Assembly (NCBI RefSeq): GCF_009914755.1
Contig: NC_060930.1
Direction: 5' to 3' (one strand)
DNA length: 64,000 nt
DNA from: the human T2T-CHM13v2.0 reference genome, Homo sapiens
The notes below the pieces were generated by a model, which saw only the letters and a list, made by a program, of their open reading frames with translations, did not search any database and had not been told where the DNA came from. Made by a program: the position numbers and the translations under genes. Shown in pieces: positions 45,748 through 59,582 of the stretch (its first letter is position 1; every line of letters starts with the position of its first letter).

Positions 45748-48586
45748 ATCAGGAAGCTAAACAAACAAACGAAAGAAAAAGGACACAGAGAAGGACAGAA
45801 AAAGTGAAAGACCCCCAAAGTTAGAAAGGATAACTTAAAAGGTAAAAAAAAAAAAAAGCAGAAATAAAGTATTTTTTTAATTGAAGATTTTAAAAAAGCA
45901 AAAAATCAATTTTTGGAAAAGCTAATGAAATTGGTAAACACCTGGAAAAAATGATCAAAACAAAACAATAGAGCGCGAAGGCATAAATTGCTGATTTTAG
46001 GAATTTTTTAAAAAGGAATTCACTAAAGAGCCTACAGATATTAAAAAGATAATATTAAATGAACAAATTTCTTTACAAGTCCAAATTACCAAAACTAACA
46101 CAATAGTGAATAGAAAATCTAAATACTCTTATATCTATTAAAGAGTCCATAATTTAAATAGTCCATAATTTAAAACCTTTTCACAAGGAAAACCCCAGGG
46201 CCAGGAGAATTCCTTAGTGAATTCTTCCAAATATTTAAGAAAGAAATAACACCAATGTTAAACAAACTCTTCTAGAGGTTTTAAAAGATTGTATACTTCC
46301 TAATTATTTTGCCAGGCCAACATAGGCTTGATACCAACACTGGTAAGAATATAACAAGAAAGGAAAATTCAAGTATAATTTTCCTTACATCTTAGATGTA
46401 AAACATCTAAAAATATTAGTAAATCAAATTAATAATAAATAAATATCATGATCAAGTTGTATTTAGATAATTATTTTTTAAATATAAAATTAATTAATAT
46501 AATTAACCACAACAACAAGATAAGGAGAAAAACTATTTGGATCATCTAAATAAAAATATTTAATAAAAACTTAAAATTTGTTACATATAATTTTAATAAA
46601 TTAAAAATGGAACAGAAATTCCTTAGTTAATACAGTCAGTGATATATATCATTCATTAAAAAAGACTGCGTAGCAAACTTCTTACTTACAGTTAAAATAT
46701 TGTAGCTTTATCCTCTGGTATTAGGAAAAGGATGTCTGCTATTATGACTTTATTCAACAATATAATAGACGTCCTCTTTGCCGTATAAGGCAAGAAAAAC
46801 AAAGAGAATGTAGAAGGGCTAGAAAGTGAGAAATACAAATGCCATTTTCACAAATGATATGATTGCGTATATGGAAAAATGTAAAGGATCTATGATAAAT
46901 TATTAAAATTAATAGGTAAAATTAACAATGTAACTAGATATAAAGGCATTATAAAAAATTGGTGAGCAATCTGTACCTTCTGCTCAGTTCTGTTGTAAAC
47001 ATAAAACTACTTTTAAAAATAAAGTCTACTAAAAAAGTTTTATTCTTTGTAGTAGCCAAAAACAATTATCAAATGAACTTTAAAAAAGTATGTTAACATA
47101 AAATATATTAATTACCTAGGAATTAATTTATTGAGAGATACACAAAATAACTATACAAAAAAAATAAAAAAACAAATTAAAGACCAAAATAGATGAAAGG
47201 ATATACCATATTCATGGAATATAAGATTCAATATTTTTAAAATATCAGTTTCCCCTAATTTGCTCTATAGATTCGGTGCAATTCTATTCAAAATTTCACC
47301 AGAAATTTTTGTGAAGATTGACAAACTGATTTTAAATTTTTGGGGGGAATTTAGAGGACCAAGTATAGAGAAGACAATCTTGATGAAAAATAAAATTAAA
47401 TGACTTCTACTACTAAATATGAAGACATTACACTACTAAACATTAAGACATTATAAAGCTTCAGTAATTAAACAATGTGATATTATTTAAACAAATAAAC
47501 CATTGGAATGAAATAAGAAGTCTAGAAACAGAGTTTAAATAAATCATCACCCAATTTTCAACAAAGTTGCTACTGCAATGCAGTAGGGAAAGGAAGGACT
47601 TTTCAATAAATGGTAATGAAATCCACATGAAAAATATAATGACGCTTAACTCCACCTCAACTACACACAAAAATCCATCTCAAATGGATCATAGACCAAA
47701 ATATGAAAGACAAAATAGTAAAAATGTTAGACAAAAGCACAGTAAAAAAATGGCTTTATAAGCTTGAAAAAGTAATGTTTTATTAAGAAAAAAGCAATAA
47801 CAATAAAGTGAAAAATTGATAATTCAGACTTCCTTTAAAAGTACACTAATTCGTCAAAAGATATCACTGAGAGTGTAAAAAGTCAAACCAAAGTTCCAAT
47901 GTTTAAAGAACTTGGAAGTCATCATCTCCATCCTTAAACAAGAAAAAGGCGAATAAACTATATATCACCAAATTTTCTTGAACCCATCAGAGAAATTGGA
48001 TAGCAGGGCAAATTGCCACTCCAAAATCTGGATAAACAGAACCAGGCAGAGAGATACATTACCTGAGATGTGTTTTCCTAGAGCAAAAGTCATTAGAAAA
48101 GTCACTGGAGCCATAAACTTAAATGGTGATTGTGACAAACTGATGGATTGCAGACTGTCACAAAACAATTTAACTGTATTACCCATGTATGAAACAGCCT
48201 TACTGAAGGAGCTGGGTGCTGAAATAAGTATCTTTGGAAATGAGTGAAGTCTGTAATACTAAAGGCAAAAGAAAACGTGCTCTATTTGATAAAGTGTATG
48301 CCACAGGGGTAACAAGTTAACAACTCTGATATCATATTTACATGTATATTGGAATTAAACAATTAAATAAATGGATAGCAGGTGGTAGAGCCTGCTTTCT
48401 CACTGCTGGAGTAGGAAGTTACTGACAACCCAGTGGAAGAAGCTAGAATGATCAATGTGGTAATGAATTCAAGTGTGAATATGAACTCATTTAGATGAGT
48501 GTGAACTAATTGGTATGAAGTCTTTCATGTCACAGATACAAATGTTTACACTTGGAAATATTTATGGATAATTGTGTATACATAAT

Positions 48587-48950
48587 TGATATGGTTTGGG
48601 TCTGTGTTCCCACCCAAATCTCATCTCGAATTGTAATTCCCATAATCCCCATGTGTTGAGGGAGGGATCTAGTGGGAGGTGATTGGATCATGGAGGTGGT
48701 TTCCCCCATGCTGTTCTCATGATAATGAGTGAGTTCTCACGAGATCTGATGGTTCTGTGTTTGACAGTTCCTCCTTCACATGCTCTCTCTCCTGCTACCT
48801 TGCGAGGAAGGTGCCGCTTCACCTTCCACCATGATGAAATTCCTGAGGCCTCCCCAGCCATGTGGAACTGTGAGTCAATTAAACCTCTTTTCTTTATAAT
48901 TACCCAATCTTAGGCAGTTTTTTATAGCAGTGTGAGAATTAACTAATATA
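48587..48950 (+). mobile_element. MaLR LTR, THE1D-like
   Basis: TGATATGGTTTGG...CCCACCCAAATCTCATC...GGAACTGTGAGTCAATTAAACCTC. Confidence 0.9.
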
Positions 48951-51057
48951 ATAGGTTACTATATACATATATATTTATTTGCTGTGTCAGCTAAGAAACC
49001 TGGGAGCAAGCATAGAAACCCAGATCTTGGTTTCTAATACCATTCTCTAATAAAAGGTCCTGGAGAAACGAGCGATTCCAGGACTTGGCCAGGAAATATA
49101 CGAGCTGAAACTGGAGCATCTTTGCAGTGCCAGAAATTAAGGGAGTGGTCAAACAACAACAAAGCCCATACAACTGGGGGTACTTCAAAGGGACAGGAGA
49201 CAGCTGAAAGGCTCCCGATCGCCACAGCTGGAACAATTTATGCAAAATAATAATAGTAATAATACTATTGGATTGTAATCCAAAGTATAAGATAAATATC
49301 TTTAAGTTCATATTGATATTGATTGAATAAATTAATAAATGAGAGACAAGAGACAATTATCCCATGCAGAAGAATTCCAAATAATTTATGTTGATACTCT
49401 ACCCTCAGAGATGGAAGCATAACCCTCCACTCCTTAAGTGTGGACTGCACATAGTGACCTCCTTCCATAGTGTCCTCCTTCCTAAGGGACAAAGCTTTAC
49501 AGTGGAGAAACCTGACAAACACTACCTCAACTAGGTGATTAAGGTCAACATCAACAACAACAAGTCATGTTAATAGGAGGTGTTCTTGATATGATGTGTT
49601 GAAAATGGCACTATCTGTGTAGTCTTCCTCCTCAGTCTAACTATGAGAAAAACATCAGACAAATTCCAGTAGAGAAGCATCCTGCAATATATGTAACCAG
49701 TAGTATGCAACTCTCTGGGTCATCAAACACAAAGACTGTCAGAACCAGGAGGAGCCCAAGGACACAAGACAGTTAAATGTAATGTTATAACCCAGATGCG
49801 ACTCTGGAACAGAAAAAGAACATTAGGTAAAAACCAAGGAAATTTGAATGAAATATGGACTTTAGTTAATGTTTATGTATCAATATTTATTCATTCATTA
49901 TAACAAATGTACTGTACTATTATAGGATGTTAATAATAGAGGGAACTCTATGTAGCAATATATGAGAACTCCATGCTCTGCAATTTTTCTGTAATCTTAA
50001 AATGCTTCTAAATAAAAGTTTATTTTAAAAATAATTTACAGCACAGGACAGAGGCAAATATTTGCAGTACCTATATTCAGGAAAGAACTCATAAAGAATA
50101 TGTAAAGAACAGACCTGCATCCAGAATATATAATGAAAAAGACAACTTGCTGAGGAAAAATTGTCAATTTGAGTATTTCACACAGAGGATAATGGTGAAC
50201 AATCATATAAAATGTGCTCAACATTATTATTCATCAAGAGAAAGTAAATTGAGACTATAATAACAAATCATCTCACAATCACCCACATGGATATAATTTT
50301 AAAAAACAGAAGGACAGAGTGTTGGTGGGGATGTACACATACTGGAAGTCATCATCACTGCTGTTGTCCCAATAGCATATCAGTACAACTACTTTGGAAA
50401 ATTAATTATTACCTATTAATGCTAAACATCCTTGTGTTTTAAGATTAGTGTTATTCATAATAGTCCAAAAGTAGAAACAACCTAAATGCCATCAACAAAT
50501 AAAATGGATAAATAACTTTCTGCATATCCACATCATGGGATATTATACAACAATGAAGATACTTTTTTTTTGCTACCTAAACATGTAAATGAATCTCACA
50601 GACATAAACAAAATGAGCCAGACACAAAAGAGTGCCTACCATATGATATCATTTATATAAAGTACAAAAAAATGGCAAAAAGAGTCTGTGATGACAGAAG
50701 TCAGATGAGTATCATTTAGGGAGAGGTAAATGAGTGGGAGAACAGGGGAGATTTCTGGGAAAATGGAATATTCTGTCTTGATCTGGGTAGTGAATATACA
50801 TGTGTTTTTACTTTGGAAAAATTAGTGGGGTTCTGTACATTAGATTTGTATACTTTTCTCTATGCATGTCATACTTCAATAAAATAATTTACAGAAATAA
50901 GTACACTGAGATATTGTTTTTCTCCTATGTTTTGTCAAAATTCAAAAGTTGGACAATGTACTATGTTGGTGAGGCTGTGGAGAAAGGGGCCTTCCCAAGC
51001 AGTGCTGGTGGGAATGCTATATGTCTCAACCCCTTTGGAGGAGAATTTGTCACGATC

Positions 51058-51447
51058 TGTTGTGGGCTAAATTGTGCACCCCTACAAACACACCCCCAAA
51101 TTCATTGGCTAAATCCCTAGCCCCTAGTACCCCAGAATGTTTGTATTTAGAGATAGGATCTTTCAAGAAGTGAACAGGTTGGGCCCTAATCCCATCTGAC
51201 TGGTGTCCTTCTAAGAAGAGAAAATTTGAGAAACACTGGGGGATGTGCCCAAAGAGGAAAGACCATGGGAGAACATTGAGAGAAGGTAGCCATCTGCAAG
51301 CCAACGGGAGGCCTCAGAAGAAAACAAACCTGCAGACACCTTGATCCTGGACTTCCAGCCTCTAGAACTGTGAGAAGACACATTTCTGTTGTTTAAGCCC
51401 ATCCAGTCTCTGGTATTTTGTTATGGCATCCCTAGTAAACTAATACA
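51058..51447 (+). mobile_element. MaLR LTR, MLT1B-like
   Basis: GGGCCCTAATCC...GACTTCCAGCCTCTAGAACTGTGAG...AAACTAATACA. Confidence 0.88.
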
Positions 51448-52416
51448 CAAACAAAATTACAAGGATGTTCCAGAAGTGTTAGGGCAGTTAAAGTGTTGAC
51501 AGTTTCAGAAGTATACATGCAAAAGATTACAAAATAATTTGAATGTTTATATTTCTTATATAACCACTTAGCATTGTAAAATTTAAATAATTTTTATTTA
51601 CTTTTTAAGCCCTCCGAATAAGGTGAGCATTTACTTAAAATTTAAAATTAAAAATATTTATTTCAAACTCCTCAAAATTAAATAATTAAACTGGCAAATG
51701 GTATGGTTTTGTAAGTTTCTAACATTTCTATTGTTGACATTAAAGCTTAAAACATACTAAGCTTTCTGGGATGCTTTGTATATACATTTGCCCATTGACT
51801 CAGCAATCCCACTTCAAGATATCTATCCTAAGTTAGACTGGCAAAAATCTGAAAAGATAAATCTACAGGCCTTTTTATGTCCGTGACATTTGTTGTAAAG
51901 GAAACAGGAATAGAAGCTAGACATCTTTGAATTTACCTTGTGGGTACATTTTACTTTGAAGCCATGTAAATGTTTTACATATTTAAAAGTCCAAATTAAA
52001 TTTCAAAAGAGCAATCCCTAAAAACTGAAAGTAACATAAAAACATACTGTGTATCCAGTTGATGTAATAATCATACTAAGAGGGACTAATCCAAATGACT
52101 TTAGTGCATAGTAATTTGACTGTATATGCCTTGTAGGATATACCTTTTTGAATGAAAAAAAAATAGTTTAACTCTTATGGTAATCATATTTAATTATATT
52201 TCCATGGTAGTATTGTTGTTTTTACCCTGACACTATTGTGTTGGATAAAGAAAATGGATAATTATGTACAATGAGAACTGGGAAATGGGGCATGGAAAAA
52301 AAGAAAATGCAGATACAGCATCAACAAAGTTAAGTTAAAACCTTGTCATTCTGAATTTGAATTGGAAATGTCCGTGCCAATTTATTATTTAATTTTAAAT
52401 GTCCACTGAAAACCCC

Positions 52417-52852
52417 TGTTGGTGTAGGTATCTCATGGTTCTTCACATCTTATGAGCAGAGGAACTGACTGCCTTTTGTTCCCAGCTATCATTTCAAGGA
52501 TATTTGTACAGAGAACAGCCTTGGAAGATAGACATGTTCTCCCTTCAGAGCAAAGGGCAGGCATGCTTATTGCCCATGAGAAAACATTCAGATTCCTAAA
52601 GTCAGGGTTCCTCTCCTGTTCCACACTTACTTCACGTGCAGGTATCACTGGCCTTCTTCGTAACACTTCTGGTAAATGAGGTTTGAGATACTGATGCAAA
52701 AATTCTCACTTTTGGCTACTTTCAGAGTAATAAATTGTTTATCTTTGGCCAGGAGTCTCCCATCTTCCACCAATATCTATGAAACTGTGGAAAGCTAACT
52801 TATTATTAATATCTTTCAGATGGGTAAAATATCAGACCTTTCATAATTCTTA
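52417..52852 (+). mobile_element. ERVL LTR, LTR47-like
   Basis: GAACAGCCTTGGAAGATAGA...GAGCAAAGGGCAGG, and AATAAA near 52729. Confidence 0.7.
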
Positions 52853-53674
52853 AAAATATCTTAAGAAATGTGATAGCAAAGAATAACTCTAGTGCCCATC
52901 TTGTCGTCTCTAAATAACATTTCCACTAAAATAAATCAGGGATCCCTGGGGAAATGGTTTGTTTCAGGTATGGGGCTTGAAATGTATTAGAATGGTGTTG
53001 GAACATCTTGGTATCCTGGGGGGAGGAAAAAAGAGGTAAATAAAAACTACTAGGATCATGTCAAAAGGACCCCAGCGTCAATTTTGATAGACTCCCACTG
53101 GGACAGTTAGAACATCAATAGGGATACTAACCACAATAGATTAAAACACATGACATACATTTAAATCTATGGGTACATAATGATAAAGTTAAAAAATTCT
53201 CATTGATCTCCTTTGGAGTATTGCAAAAATATATATTTTGAAAATTGGTAAATAAAGTGAAAGAATCTCGCATTTTTGTGCTTTCCTCTATATGTACTAT
53301 AGCTCAGTATAAGCAAATGGCTAATGAGAAGTTCCTCTTGATAGAACTGTTCTAGCTATTAAATGAATTTTCATATCACTATTTCACAGCCCTATTTTAC
53401 ACCTACTATGACACAAACATAAACAGTCAGACTTGAGATTCTTCCTGATACAAGTACACATCACCTATGAAGTAATTTTGCCAAAATAATTAAGCCTAAC
53501 TCTGATGAAGCCTCTAGCTCTACCAATTTACAGAAAATACGGGACAGAAGAACATGACAAATGATAATGCAGGCATGCAAGCAGCAAATTTTATTGGACA
53601 AATACCCAGTTTATTAACAGCAACAACAAAAAGTAAGTTAAAAAGGAAGAAGGAACGGAAGGATGGGATGCTGA

Positions 53675-55985
53675 CGCTGTATGTAACTTCAGCCCCCTTC
53701 CATAGTTGGGACCAGAATCCTAAAGTCACACATTTATGTCCTTGCCTTTGCCACAGGCCCCACCCAAACCTTTTGGGGTAACTGGCTATGTCCAATTCAC
53801 AGGGCTATCCCTGCACTAGAACCCCCAAAGTTTGTATTCCTTTAACTCTGACTTTAGTGTAGGCAAAGGCCTCATCCTCTATTTCAGACCAGTCCCAATG
53901 GGCCCCCTTCTTAAGTAAGTGGTTTAGGGAACTCGAGGTGGGCAAATGGGGCATAGAGGGATGCCAATATCCTAGGAGGCCTAAAGGTTTGCAACTGCTT
54001 TGGAGTGGTAAGACGTGGGTAGGCCTGCACCCTATCCATAACAGCATACAAAATGACTTTATTCTTACCCAACCAGATGACACCCAAATATAATGTTTGA
54101 CTAACAAGCCTGGACCCTGGACTTTCTCTGTGTTGACCTCCCAGCTTCTGTTTCCCAAGTAAGAAAGTAAAGAGGGAGCTGCAGTTTATAAGCTGGAAAA
54201 AGACTCAGAAATTAGCATGATATCATCAATGTAATGTAAAACATTGATTACCCCTCTCAGGTGGTCCATCAACTGAGGTCTGCAGCCACTAGGCCATGAC
54301 AGATAGTGGGGCTGTGTAAATATCCCTATGTCAAGACAGAAAAGATCCATTGTTCTTTTTCCCAGGTGAATGCAAATTGGTCTTGACTCTCTGTGGCAAT
54401 GGGGACATTGAAGATTGCTTTCACTAAGTCAGTAACAAAACGGTATGTGCCAAGCACCTCTCCTACCCTCATCAGAAGGAAGATGATATTGAGAATAGCT
54501 ACATACATTAAGGGGAACATCTTATTTAATTACTGGTAATCTACCATCGTTCTCCATGTCCCATCAGGCTTCTGCATGAACCACACAGAGCCATTGTATA
54601 GGAAATGGTCTTATTCTGCCTACCCTGGCTAATTCCTTAACAACCCCATGATTTATTTCATCAAGCACCCCCAGCATTCATTATTGCTCCAGTGCTACTA
54701 CTCACTGTGGGGCTGGCAACAGTACTGACAGACAGGACTAGCAGGATTTCCTAGGCCGACTAAGAATTCCTAAGCCTAGCTGGGAAAGGTGACCGCCACC
54801 CACTTTTAAACGCTGGGCTTGTAATTCAGCTCACACCTGACCAATCAGGTAGTAAAGAGAACTCACTAAAATACCAATTAGGCTAAAAGCAGGAGGTAAG
54901 GAAATAGTCAAATCATCTATCACCTGAGAGCACAGCGGGAGGGACAATGATTGGGATGTAAACCCAGGCATTCGAGCTGGATCGGGCAACCCCCTTTGGG
55001 TCCCCTCCCGTTGTATGGGAGCTCTGTTTCACTGTATTCAATCTTGCAACTGCACACTCTTCTGGTCCATGTTTCTTCCGGCTGGAGCTGAGCTTTCGCT
55101 TGCCGTCCACCACTGCTGATCACCCTTGTCCAGACCTGCCGCTGACTTCAACCCCTCTGGATCTGGCAGGGTGTCAGCTGCGTTTCTGATCCAGCAAGGC
55201 ACCCATTGCCGCTCCTGATCGGGCTAGAGGCTCGCCATTGTTCCTGCATGGCTAAGTGCCTGGGTTCATCCCAATCGAGCTGAACACTAGTAGCTGGATT
55301 CCATGGTTCGCTTCCATGACCCACAGCTTCTAATAGAGCTATAACACTCACTGCATGGCCCAAGGTTCCATTCCTCAGAATTCGTGAGGCCAAGAACCCA
55401 GGTCAGAGAACAAAAGGCTTGCCGCCATCTTGGGAGTGGTCAGCCACCATCTTGGGAGTGGTCAGCCACCATCTTGGGAGATCTAAGAACAAAGACCCGC
55501 GGGTAACAGTACCAGTGGCCATTTTGCATTCCCCTGATCACAAGTTTCACCAGCCTCTGTTGAAGTTCCCCAGCAAGTTATCCGAGGGCTCAGGCCTGAT
55601 AATAAATTCATTCCCAAGATATATTCCAGGATGGGAGCTATGTTTTCTAACCAGGATTTTGGTGGCAGTCTTCCGGCTTGAAATACTAGTCCAACCTGTC
55701 TGACTTTCATGCCCCACCTCCCCATAACTACCTTTTGCTGTTATAGACTCTTGGGACTAATGAACGTCACTATATATGACAGTGCATTTGGCTCCAGTGT
55801 CCACTAGGGCAAGCATAGTCTGTTTATTCCTTGGTAACCAATATCAATAAATAGTTAGCTCTACATGTAGCTTCTGATCCTGGCCACGCTGACCACCACT
55901 GCTCTTATGGGAATTCCAAGGCCTTGGCTTTTATCTTAGTCCAAAGGGGTTGGTACTGGCTGTCCATCAGCAGGAGAGGTGGTGG
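53675..55985 (-). pseudogene. Class III (HERV-L18/HERV-S-like) protease-RT remnant, interrupted by LTR17
   Basis: Minus-strand ALVDTGA (about 55790-55811); ESQDQFAFTW..*GYLHSPTICH; HYIDDIML (YIDD at 54222-54233); LGLLGYW. Stops and frameshifts. Confidence 0.88.
54726..55508 (+). mobile_element. Solo LTR17 (HERV-W LTR)
   Basis: GACAGGACTAGC.GGATTTCCTAGGCCGACTAAGAAT...CCCTTTGGGTCCCCTCCC...GTAACA. TG..CA ends. 4 bp TSD GTAC. Confidence 0.92.
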
Positions 55986-55988
55986 GTT

Positions 55989-56918
55989 TGTGAGAAACAA
56001 ACTCACCCATCCAAACCCAAAGAATGGACTTGGAGACCCAGAGAACAGTGAAAGTGAGACTTTTAATGACAGTCTTACAAGATTGGGTGTTTGACATGCA
56101 GGCACACCCAGCACAGTTTTAACAACGAATTTATATTCCCTAGTGCACAGGTCCCTACCCCAGTTCCTTGTTAGCTGAGTACTATGGGGTTACAATCTTC
56201 CTGGACATTGCCTATTGGTAGTTGGATTAAGGTTTTAAGTATGTTCTTTAGGGTCTCTCTGCTGCATTTTATTGCAGCCCACCATGCATCGTGACTGTCT
56301 TAGGACTTTCCATATATTTGACTTCTGGGCATAGCGGCTGCACTTAGCTGATAAGAAAGGGTACAATTGGCCAGGTGCTGTGGCTCATACCTGTAATCCC
56401 AACACTTTGGGAGACCAAGGCAAGCAGATCACAAGGTCAGGAGTTCAAGACCAGCCTTGCCAACATGGTGAAATCTCGTCTCTACTAAAAATACAAAAAT
56501 TAGCTGGGTGTGGTGGCAGGCACCTGCAATCCCAGCTACTCAGGAGGCTGAGGCAGGAGAATCTGAGGCAGAGGTTGCAGTGAGCCAAGATCGCGCCATT
56601 GCACTCCAGCCTGGGCGACAAGGTGAGACTCCATCTCAAAAAAAAAAAGAAAAAAGAAAAAAAAGAAAGGGTACAATTATTTATGTTGCAAGCTAGCCTA
56701 AACTAAATTCTTTGGTGGGGTGGGGAGAGGGTAGTTAAGAGGGACCTGACCGATAGACACCTGGCAGCTGTGTGAAAGGAAAGCAGGAAGGAGAAGGTGG
56801 GGTGGTGATGGCTCAGTACACTCTGCTTCTTTATTTTTATTTCCATGTAGCCTGCTTAAACCTACACTAAGGCACTTAGAATTGAAAATGGACCACCACA
56901 TATAGATTATTTTCTACA
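55989..56918 (-). mobile_element. ERV1 3' LTR (subfamily uncertain), split by an Alu
   Basis: On the minus strand the polypurine tract AGAGGAGGGAAC precedes TGTAGAAA; the element ends GTTTCTCACA. Confidence 0.8.
56369..56662 (+). mobile_element. AluS with a small right-arm deletion
   Basis: 16 bp TSD AAGAAAGGGTACAATT. Confidence 0.95.
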
Positions 56919-56929
56919 GTTCCCTCCTC

Positions 56930-57632
56930 TTTTTCTTTTTACCCTCTCTGGTCTCATTTTTACTTAAATTACTTTGTTTTTTAAAGTGTTCTAGAAGTTG
57001 TTTACTTTCTTCTTCATAGGAGGATGAGTTTACTTTGGTTCCTAGTAATGGTAGAATGTTTTGTTGGGTTGGGTCATTAGGGGCATCTGCTTACTGATAG
57101 CTGTTTCAGTTAACCTTAGTGTTAAACCCCTCACACAAGGAATGATACAACATCCTATAGATGTTAAGACCCCCGCCACAATTATAAGAGATGTAAGAAT
57201 TGAAGCTACCATTTATTTCCATTTCCAAACCAATTTTCTACCAATCAGTAAAACGGTCATCTATTCCTGCATTTGCTGCCAGCTCATTGGCCAGAGTTGT
57301 TAGTCCCTGTAGTGCCCTTGTAATAGTTCCATCTGGGGCAGTATTTTTGGGAATGAAAGTACATTTTTTGCCCAACATAACGCATACACTACCTTTCTCT
57401 GCTAATATCATGTCTAATGCAATTCTGTTTTCCCAAGCCATTTGGCTGGTGGCATCTAGTTGGCTGGCTATACCCTTAAGGGCATCTTGAGTATAACTGA
57501 TAAAACTTTGTTGATTATAATATATGTAATCCATTTATTTTACATTTTTGTTAATAGTGGACCACCAGAAAAGTGCTGACTCAAATCCAGCAGCTATTTG
57601 GTTTTAAGCCTTAAATTTATTAGGCACTCCTA
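56930..57632 (-). pseudogene. ERV1 env transmembrane-subunit remnant (PABL/PRIMA/MER66-type)
   Basis: YYNQQ..., immunosuppressive-domain motif WENRIALDMILAEKGSVC, and a damaged CX6CC motif (CVMLGKKCTF). Stop after DW. Confidence 0.9.
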
Positions 57633-57639
57633 TGGATTC

Positions 57640-57820
57640 ATTCTGAAATATAAAGAGGTGAAATATGTCTGGAATTTTTTTCAAAGTAATCCCACATTGG
57701 AAGAGGAATAAAGACAGAGAGCAAGCTGTGATAATTGGTCATGGGTATATGTGGCTTTATTATGTAATTCTCTACTTTTGTGATTGTTTTGTATTTTTCA
57801 CACTGAAGAGTTTTTAAAAA
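57640..57820 (+). mobile_element. L1MC/MD 3' terminal fragment
   Basis: ATGTCTGGAATTTTTTTCAAAGTAATCC...ATGGGTATATG...TTCTCTACTTTTG. Confidence 0.65.
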
Positions 57821-58772
57821 CAGGAGTAAATTTTTTTCAATGAAAATAATGATGATGAAATAAACAAAAATGAATACCTAAGGGGAAATACACACTGAAG
57901 TATGGATTTCTCAAGTATTCAACTCTACATCTACAATAGACAAAACTTCCCCATTTTTAGATGATGCTAAACACAGTCCACTGAAATGAATTAGTCTCTT
58001 TAACAGTTTGCTTGCAGCATTTAATTTTATATATTAAAAAAACCTGCTGATGTGAAACACTGCTCCAGCATAATTCATTTTACAATTACCCAGGAGCACT
58101 TCATAGCCCAAGCTAGTCTAAATTCATAGGAATAAGTTACCCAAGGAATTAATTACCATTCAGTTTATTACTCCTCATATCATCTAAGCTTCTGAAGAAA
58201 CTGGTTACCTGGAAAATTATGTATTTTTTGAATACTTGTCAAATTTAATTTGGTTGAATTGTAAGGCAAAATTAACAAGCATTTTCCTATTTCTTGTGCC
58301 TAAAGAGCCACAGGTGTGTCTTCTACAGGACAGTTGATTGTAACGTGTCAGAGTAATCCTACCCTCTCCAGCTGTGCAGTCAAGGCTACCAAAATTTAAC
58401 ATCTCGAAGGACATAGCTGCAAAAATATCTACTGAACTTAGCAGCTATCAACAGCTAATTGCCTGGTGGCATACCTGGTTTTCTAACATCACAGCAATTG
58501 ATTTGAGATTTGGACTGGTGCTTGATGTATTGCATCAAAGGTATATGCATTCTTAAAAAGTAAAACCCGTATTAATGCAAAATCAAAGTCTTTTTTCATT
58601 CGCTTTCTTTCTCAGTTTGATAGGAATAAATTTGGCTGTCCCAACACCCAGAAAATGATTTCAGAAGTCTCAAAAGTTACCTTTGTGTTTTATTTCAAAG
58701 TGTAAGTACTGATATTTAAATACTATCTTCTGATTTCCCATTAATTATGCCTCATCCAAGCTTTGCTCTCCC

Positions 58773-59053
58773 TATGGCTGCCAGGCTGAGTAAATAAAAA
58801 TATAGGACACCCAGTAAACTTGAACTTTAGATAAACAATGAATGGTTTTTCTTTGTTTGGTTTGGTTTGGTTTGGTTTGGTTTGGTTTGGTTTGGCTTTG
58901 AGTATAGGTATGTCCTTGGCTATTTAGTGTAAGTGTGTCTCATGCAATAATTGGGGGTGTTAACCTCCTGACACACTTATACTAAAAAAAAAATTGCTAA
59001 TTATCTGACATTCGATTTTAATTGGGTGTCCTGAATTTTATCTGGATACCCTA
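58773..59053. mobile_element. MER53 palindromic MITE with an internal (GTTTG)n
   Basis: Inverted arms AGGACACCCAG / TTGGGTGTCCT. 8 bp TSD GC(T/C)CTCCC. Confidence 0.88.
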
Positions 59054-59429
59054 GCCCTCCCCAACATCAGCATTAGAGACACTGCTTCTGAAGCTTACAA
59101 AAGAGCTGAGCCTTTTTACATCATTTCAGTTACTTCTATTTTTGCCAAATGGAAAACTGCAATATTCTCATGCAGTGTCTCAAGGGGATTGTTGTTAAGA
59201 GATACTCAGCTACACACATTCTCCAACATCAAGCTCAAGAACAAATTTTCACCTGAAAAGCAAAATCAACAGACAGAACAGCTTAGTTGATGTTATAAGT
59301 AGATTTATTTGGGAAGAAAGTCATTGGGAAACTTGACATCCTATTTCAAAGTGTGTCACTAACTTTTCTCTGTGACTTGTAGTAACCACAATCTTGCTGA
59401 AAAAAAATCAAAGTAACCTTTACTAGAGA

Positions 59430-59582
59430 ATTGCTTCTCAAACTTTAAAAATATGCAAATCACTTTAAGAACTTGTTAAAATGCAGATTCTGGTTAAGCA
59501 GGAATGAATTCTGCATTTTAAACAAGCTCCCAGGTGATTCCAACACTGCTGTGGTCCATATACCACTCTTTGATAAGCAAGG
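59430..59582. mobile_element. MER5A-like MITE
   Basis: GTTAAAATGCAGATTC...TCTGCATTTTAAACAAGCTCCCAGGTGATTC. Confidence 0.85.

Larger units (their letters stand above)
45790..53670 (+). mobile_element. Cluster of old L1M (MC/MD/ME) ORF2 and 3' UTR fragments hosting LTR insertions
   Basis: Decayed ORF2 motifs (CAAATGATATGATTG; ATGGATCATAGACC) and L1MC/MD-like 3' UTR blocks. Several elements, boundaries unresolved. Confidence 0.7.

Noticed and set aside
57238-57534. Domesticated syncytin-like env gene
   Set aside because: Only a TM fragment remains: no signal peptide or SU, a damaged CX6CC motif, and a stop before the membrane anchor.
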